From: Candidatus Xenobia bacterium
GTDB taxonomy: Bacteria; Vulcanimicrobiota; Xenobia; Xenobiales; QWHO01
Direction: 5' to 3'
DNA: 64,000 bases
Assembly (NCBI GenBank): GCA_045863235.1
Contig: BTUM01000017.1
Coordinates: 1 to 64,000, forward strand
Shown here: piece by piece, positions 58,783 through 64,000 of the stretch
Layout: the number at the start of each line of letters is the position of its first letter
Position numbering within the stretch: the stretch's first letter is position 1
Translations under genes and position numbers: made by a program
Notes under the pieces: generated by a model
Told to the model about the DNA's origin: nothing
What the model saw: only the letters and a program-made list of their open reading frames with translations
The model's database searches: none

Positions 58783-60000
58783 TCAGGGAATCAGGGCCGC
58801 GACAACGGCATAAAACTCGGTCGCCTTGACCACATCATCCAGGCTCACCGAATCGAGCACCGTGTGAGCGGTGACCTCATCACCCGGCCCGAAGCCGATC
58901 GAAGGAATCCCGGCCTTGCCCATCCAGTAGGTCCCGTTGGTCGAGAAGCTCCATTTACTGCTGTCGGCGTGGTCGTAGCCGATGAGGTCACGGGCCCTCT
59001 GCCCGGCCTCGACCAGCGGATGATCGGGATCCAGGGCCCAGGCCGGATAGTACTTGTCCACCGGGAAGACAAAGCCCGTGTAGCTGGGATCATCGTAGAA
59101 GAGCATTTCCACGGTAATGTCGCCCTTGGCCAGGTTCTCCTTGGGGATCAACCGGCGCACCTGCTCGATGGCCTCTTCGGCTGACTCACCGAAGGTGACC
59201 CGGCGGTCGATGTAAACGGTGCACTCGTTAGGCACGGCGTTCAGGCTGGGGGTCACCACGTGCACGTCGCTCACGGTAATCTTGCCCTTGCCAAGGAACT
59301 CGTGGTCACCAAGCTGGGGCTCCATCTTCGAGATGGCATCGATGATAGGCAATACCTTGTAGACCGCATTGTCGCCCAGGTGGTTGGAGGCGGCATGGGC
59401 GCTCTTCCCTTTGGCAACCACCTTCATCTCCACGCGACCTTTGTGGCCTCGATAGACCAGCATTTTCGTAGGCTCGCCCACGATGACGAAATCAGGTCGA
59501 ATGCCTTCGTGCTCGACGAAGGCGTGGGGGGCGATTCCGTCGCACCACTCCTCCATGTTCCCAAAGTAGTACGCAGTCCAGCCGTCCAACAACCCGAGTT
59601 TCTTGGCGATGGCCAGGCCATAGACCATGCCCGGCGTGCTGCCCTTCTCGTCGCAGGCACCTCGGGCATAGAGAATGCCGTCTTCCACCTTTCCCTGGAA
59701 GGGATCCCACTTCCATTCTGCGGGGTCACCTACATCCACCGTGTCGATGTGGCTGTCCATGACGATCTTGCGGGGACCGTCGCCGATCTGCCCGACGATG
59801 TTGCCCATGGAGTCAAACCAGGTCTTGTCAAAGCCCAGTTTCTTCATCTCGGCCTCGATGCGCAGGCCGACCTCCTTGATCTGGCAGCGCATGGAAGGGA
59901 TGGCGCAAATCTCGCGCATGAACTTGATGATGTCTTCTCGGTGCCTGGCGACCTCGCCTTGCACGGCAGCAACGTTGATGGGGGGTGCGGACTGAGGCAT
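58783..60000 (-). CDS. ygeY: YgeY-family M20 hydrolase
   Basis: D.MGNI.G.IG.G, DSHIDTV, RGACDEKG, EEWCDG, EPT...YRGHKGR, W.FSTNG, GFGPG.E..AH. Confidence 0.85.
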   Translation of the reverse strand: MPQSAPPINVAAVQGEVARHREDIIKFMREICAIPSMRCQIKEVGLRIEAEMKKLGFDKTWFDSMGNIVGQIGDGPRKIVMDSHIDTVDVGDPAEWKWDPFQGKVEDGILYARGACDEKGSTPGMVYGLAIAKKLGLLDGWTAYYFGNMEEWCDGIAPHAFVEHEGIRPDFVIVGEPTKMLVYRGHKGRVEMKVVAKGKSAHAASNHLGDNAVYKVLPIIDAISKMEPQLGDHEFLGKGKITVSDVHVVTPSLNAVPNECTVYIDRRVTFGESAEEAIEQVRRLIPKENLAKGDITVEMLFYDDPSYTGFVFPVDKYYPAWALDPDHPLVEAGQRARDLIGYDHADSSKWSFSTNGTYWMGKAGIPSIGFGPGDEVTAHTVLDSVSLDDVVKATEFYAVVAALIP

Positions 60001-60065
60001 GGAAGTTTCCTCGTTTCTTGCAGGATGAGGCACTCGCTGGTTCCTTGAGCCGGCGGCCAGTTCCT

Positions 60066-60836
60066 TCAAACGTCCAGAACGGCCCAAACCGGGGTGTGAT
60101 CGGAGGGCCGGGTCCAGCCACGAGGAGCGGTGTCGATGTCGCAGTCGGTGCAGTGCGCTGCCAACTCGGGAGTGGCCAGCAGGTGGTCGATGCGGAGCCC
60201 ATCGTTTTTCTTGAAGGTACGAGGGCTGTAGTCCCACCAACTGTAGCGGCCGCTCTCGCTGTGATGAGAGCGAAAAAGGTCCCTCAGGCCCCACCTCTTC
60301 AGGGCCTCAAACGAAGCCCGACCGGCAGGGTGACAGAGCACGCTCTGGGCCCAGATATCGGGCCGGTAACAGTCGTTGTCCTCAGGGGCAATGTTGAAAT
60401 CGCCTCCCAACAACAAACGGTCAGCGGGGGTGAATCGCTCCAGGTAATTGCGCAATCGACCCAACCAGGCCAGTTTGTACTCCCACTTCTCGCTGCCCAC
60501 CGAAACGCCGTTTGGGACATAGCAGGAGATCACCTTGAGGCGCCCGTCGATGGTGGCCTGAAGAAAGCGCGCCTCTTCGTCAGCCGGGTCGCCGGGGAGG
60601 CTGCGCACCAAGTCGGAGGTGGGAAATCTGCTCACAATGGCCACGCCGTTGTAGGCCCGCTCGCCCACGGCCAGCGTCCGGTAACCGAGACCCTCCAGCT
60701 CGACCCAGGGGAAAAGATCTTCCTCGATCTTGGTTTCCTGCAACAACAGGACGTCGGTTCCGCTCTCCGACAACCAGCGCGACACGTGCTCAAGCCGAGC
60801 CCGAATCGAATTAACGTTCCAACAAGCGATCTTCAT
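60066..60836 (-). CDS. xth: Exodeoxyribonuclease III
   Basis: WNVNSIRAR, LQETK, YNGVA, YVPNG, GDFNIAP, WWDY, GLRIDH, SDH.PV. Confidence 0.96.
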   Translation of the reverse strand: MKIACWNVNSIRARLEHVSRWLSESGTDVLLLQETKIEEDLFPWVELEGLGYRTLAVGERAYNGVAIVSRFPTSDLVRSLPGDPADEEARFLQATIDGRLKVISCYVPNGVSVGSEKWEYKLAWLGRLRNYLERFTPADRLLLGGDFNIAPEDNDCYRPDIWAQSVLCHPAGRASFEALKRWGLRDLFRSHHSESGRYSWWDYSPRTFKKNDGLRIDHLLATPELAAHCTDCDIDTAPRGWTRPSDHTPVWAVLDV

Positions 60837-61105
60837 GGAATGGTTCGCTCACGCATACGTTCCTCAGGTGTTGGGCGTTCCGGTCCGGCTGCGCGGCGCC
60901 CATACTGTGCTAGAAGCCCCGGCCGCCTCCAGACAACTTGTGACGGGGGCCACCACGGCCGGACTTCTACAGTCCGGCGCATTGACTGTGCGATGAATTC
61001 TAAACAGGTAGAACTTCCTCGCATCGCCCGTGCCACAACACTTTGGAAGCGGTTCGAAACAAGTTTCTCACCGCACGTTTCGTGGCACGGTCAATGCGAC
61101 GAAGT

Positions 61106-61417
61106 TTAGAGGTCGATGCGGTCTTCTTCCTCCTTGCCCTCCAACATCAGTTGGAAAGCTCGCAAGACCTTCAAGAGAAGTCGGCCCGGGCCGCTGAACT
61201 TCTTCTTCTCCAGCGTGTCGATGGTGGCATCCAGGTCATCGAGCATCGTGCGCAGCTCATTGGCCGCGCGCCCCCCTTGCAGGCCCGAAGTTTGGATGTC
61301 GAGCCGCAACTTGTAAGCTTCGTTCAAAGCTGCCTGCGTCTTGTTGAAGCGCACGAAAGTATTGACGCGAGCGTTACGCTCGCTGATCTCTGTCATGGTG
61401 ATGGCGTCGAAACTCAT
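61106..61417 (-). CDS. Small helical hypothetical protein
   Basis: ATGA-coupled to the upstream ankyrin gene; coding-like composition. Confidence 0.6.
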   Translation of the reverse strand: MSFDAITMTEISERNARVNTFVRFNKTQAALNEAYKLRLDIQTSGLQGGRAANELRTMLDDLDATIDTLEKKKFSGPGRLLLKVLRAFQLMLEGKEEEDRIDL

Positions 61418-63435
61418 TGCAGCTTCATGTGCTTCTTCAGCGCTCTTACCACTTCTTTGTGCCCGAACTGCTGGGCCAGTTTGAGGGGGGTGAGACTCTG
61501 GTTCTTCTCGACCATGTTCGGATCCGAGCCATTGATCAGCAGACACTCGACCAGAGCCACATAGCCTTTGGCTGCTGCCATATGCAGGGGAGTCTGGCCA
61601 GAGTTATCGGCCACGCTGGTATGGGCCCCTTTGGCGATGAGAGCCACAACGGTGTTGAGGTGCCCACCCAGGGCCGCCCAGTGAAGCGGAGTTCGCCCCT
61701 TGTCATCCCGGCGGTCGACGTCCGCTCCGAGTCCCACGAGTTTATCGATCAAGAGTTCGCGATTGCGGCGCGCAGCCCAGTGGAGAGGAGCCTGACCATC
61801 GAGTCCAGGGTTGTTCCAATCGGCCCCGGCCTCGATCAGCTCTTTGATGACTCGCTCAAAGTTCCAGAAGACCGCGACATCCATGGCGGTCATGGTCTTC
61901 CCCTGACCGGATCTCCAGTCTGCTCCAGTCTCCAGCAAGGCTCTCACGAGATCGTCGTGGCCGGCGTAAGCCGCCCACTGAAGCCCGCCCCAGCCCGAGA
62001 CATCCTTCCAGCGTACCAGGTCTGGATGCCTGGCAGTCAGCTCACGAAGCTCGGACCGATCGCCACGCAAGCAGATATCCACCAGTTGAACCGCCCGCAG
62101 CTCCTCGGAGAGCTCTTCGCCATGAGCTCGAGCCACCAGGCCCCGCAGACCCTCCATGGTCTTGTCCAGAATGCCCCGCTCGTTGCCGATCTCGCTCTGA
62201 ACCAGCCGCAATACTTTGCCATACAGTGGTTCCGCCTCGGCGACCTTGTTCTGTCCCAGGCGCACCTCGGCCAGGTCGAGACAGGTCAGAGCCAGACGGA
62301 TTGGCTCAGGGCGCTCTTCCGACTCGACCTGGTCCAGGATGCGCTTGAAGATATTCTCGGCATCGAAATACTTGCGGAGCTTTCGATAGGCGTTGGCCAG
62401 GGTTGCAAGAGTCTGGGAAACCTCCGGATGCTTGCCACCCAGCAGCTTCTCCTGAATGGTCAGAGCTCGGCGAGCCAGGTCGAGAGCTTCCTGGTCCTTC
62501 CCCGCCAGAAGGTTCAAATAGGCAAGCAGATTGATGGCCTGGGCCGACTCGGCGCTGCTGGCCCCGAAGCTCTTCTCTCGGATGGCCAGGACGCGCTTGA
62601 CCACCGGGATGCCTGCCTCGAAGTTCTCCTCAGCACTGTAACAGGTGGCCAGATCGAACAACAATCGGCCCAAAATGGGATGGCCAGTGCCCAGAGTCTG
62701 CTCGTAGATCGGCATCACCTGGAGATAGAGCGCCTCGGCTTTGACGAATTGACGTTGCAGGCGGTAGAAATTCGCAAGCGAGTGGATCAGTGCCACCGCC
62801 ACCGTACTGCGGGACCCGGCTTGCCGCTCGACGGTCTCAACCGCCTCCCGAAGACTCCCTTCGGTCCCCTCGGGCTCGCCCTTCTCGTAGGCCTCGGCAG
62901 CCTGGTCGGCCAACGTCCGCGCTTTCAACTCAACGCTGACGTCGTGGAGATCCTGGAGCGCCTTGTAGAGAATGAAGAGCACGCAAAGCCCGAACCCGGC
63001 CCCGGCCCCAACGAGAAAATACACGAGGGGGGCGCCAGCGACATACTCGAGAAACAGGGCTGAGCTGCAACCGGGAATCACCGCCCCCAGGATGGTGATC
63101 AGGAATTGACGAGCCAGGGAACGGGAAAACATCCCTCGCGAGAGCGAGTTGGCCATCGCTCCGAACGCCCCGGTGGCAAGAATCAGGGCAGTCAGAAAGC
63201 CAACCCCCCAGAACAGGCCCTTGGTGCGGGCCAGGCCGATCGCACCAGCAATGGCCCCCCCCAACATGGCCAGCAAAGTGGCCAGAAGCAAGTAACCGAG
63301 GACCGTCTTCGCGCTCCATTCCGACATTCGGCGCGGCGTGTCCCTCAACGGCTGCAGGAAGTCGGCTGCCCCGGCGCTCAACCCTGCTCTATCCTTCCAG
63401 CAAGCAACATGCTCTAAATTGAATTTTTTCGACAC
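61414..63435 (-). CDS. 4-TM + kinesin-light-chain-type TPR + ankyrin repeat protein
   Basis: Four hydrophobic segments; LG..HP....L..LA..Y repeats; G.TPLH.AA..G ankyrin repeats. Confidence 0.9.
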   Translation of the reverse strand: MSKKFNLEHVACWKDRAGLSAGAADFLQPLRDTPRRMSEWSAKTVLGYLLLATLLAMLGGAIAGAIGLARTKGLFWGVGFLTALILATGAFGAMANSLSRGMFSRSLARQFLITILGAVIPGCSSALFLEYVAGAPLVYFLVGAGAGFGLCVLFILYKALQDLHDVSVELKARTLADQAAEAYEKGEPEGTEGSLREAVETVERQAGSRSTVAVALIHSLANFYRLQRQFVKAEALYLQVMPIYEQTLGTGHPILGRLLFDLATCYSAEENFEAGIPVVKRVLAIREKSFGASSAESAQAINLLAYLNLLAGKDQEALDLARRALTIQEKLLGGKHPEVSQTLATLANAYRKLRKYFDAENIFKRILDQVESEERPEPIRLALTCLDLAEVRLGQNKVAEAEPLYGKVLRLVQSEIGNERGILDKTMEGLRGLVARAHGEELSEELRAVQLVDICLRGDRSELRELTARHPDLVRWKDVSGWGGLQWAAYAGHDDLVRALLETGADWRSGQGKTMTAMDVAVFWNFERVIKELIEAGADWNNPGLDGQAPLHWAARRNRELLIDKLVGLGADVDRRDDKGRTPLHWAALGGHLNTVVALIAKGAHTSVADNSGQTPLHMAAAKGYVALVECLLINGSDPNMVEKNQSLTPLKLAQQFGHKEVVRALKKHMKLQ

Positions 63436-63505
63436 TCAAGCGAGAAGGCCTTTTCATCTACCCAGCCCAGAAGGTTGGCGGCTCTCCGACCTGAAACTCG
63501 CTTCC

Positions 63506-64000
63506 ATGGGGAAGTATGCCAGCTGGCTGGAAAAAGTTCCTGACGGCAACTCCGGCGCCAGAGTTCGCGACTTGTCCGACCAGCGCCTTGGGCAGGTCAA
63601 CTCGCGTCAGCTCGACTGGCTGGAAGACAACGTCGATCTGACCGCTCCTGAGCTCGACCAGCTCAGCCCGGATCGGCTCCTGGAGCGCTTCGGTCAAACC
63701 CCGCGCCGGCGCAAAGCGGAAAATCCCGAGTGGGACGTCAATGACGCCCGTTTGATGCGCACTCTGGTCTGGCAATTCCACCTGCAACTCCGTGCCGGCC
63801 AAACTCGACCCGTGCGCGGCACTCTGCGAGGCTTCTGGCTGATCAGAGTCCGGCCACTGTGGCAATCCCTTGGCCTGCTCAAGCCGGGCGAAGGCTATGA
63901 GGGGGACACCGAGCGCTCTCGCTATCTGATCCGCGTCCTCGATGAGGCCTTCGACGCCTTTGTCCTGGAAGGAATCTTTCGCTATCAAGACCTGGAAGTC
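63506..64000 (+). CDS. 5' part of a gene truncated by the window end (MGKYASWLEK...RGTLRGFW..VRPLWQ...FRYQDLEV)
   Basis: 165 codons with no stop from ATG 63506 to the window edge, with typical GC3 bias. The ORF track misses it because it has no stop. Confidence 0.7.
   Translation, partial: MGKYASWLEKVPDGNSGARVRDLSDQRLGQVNSRQLDWLEDNVDLTAPELDQLSPDRLLERFGQTPRRRKAENPEWDVNDARLMRTLVWQFHLQLRAGQTRPVRGTLRGFWLIRVRPLWQSLGLLKPGEGYEGDTERSRYLIRVLDEAFDAFVLEGIFRYQDLEV

Noticed and set aside
63458..63988. 176-aa minus-strand ORF in the track
   Set aside because: It is the antisense shadow of the + strand gene starting at 63506, which has better codon bias and protein-like motifs.

Overview
GC-rich bacterial chromosomal window (about 65-68% GC by eye) with about 60 protein-coding genes. 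I found no rRNA, tRNA or CRISPR array. The gene content (F420-dependent enzymes, PilZ/HD-GYP, a Rex-like operator, hydrolases with unusual Ser/Pro-rich N-termini) suggests a Terrabacteria lineage, possibly Ca. Eremiobacterota; this is inference only. The left end (1-3550) is a lower-GC, decayed RHS polymorphic-toxin locus. It holds two orphan RHS-core modules, a HExxE metallopeptidase-like toxin with a candidate immunity gene, a catalytically dead XerC-like gene and a hairpin-rich spacer. The middle is mostly housekeeping and accessory genes: thiolase, fabZ, peptidases, vapBC, rlmD, a JAB-TM-LysM/NlpC operon, gltA and pit. Positions 35.4-43.3 kb carry a two-gene pfaD-pfaA iterative fatty-acid/polyketide synthase with no pfaB/C or PPTase. 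After it come a DUF58-transglutaminase-MoxR-TPR operon, three SPFH genes, ygeY, xth and a TPR-ankyrin gene. Items not in the ORF track: a 40-aa membrane peptide behind a Rex/CRP-like box, a 26-aa hydrophobic ORF, a frameshifted gene, a possible pseudoknot element and a + strand gene running off the right end. A vapC relic also sits upstream of vapB. Family assignments come from motif recognition, not database searches.
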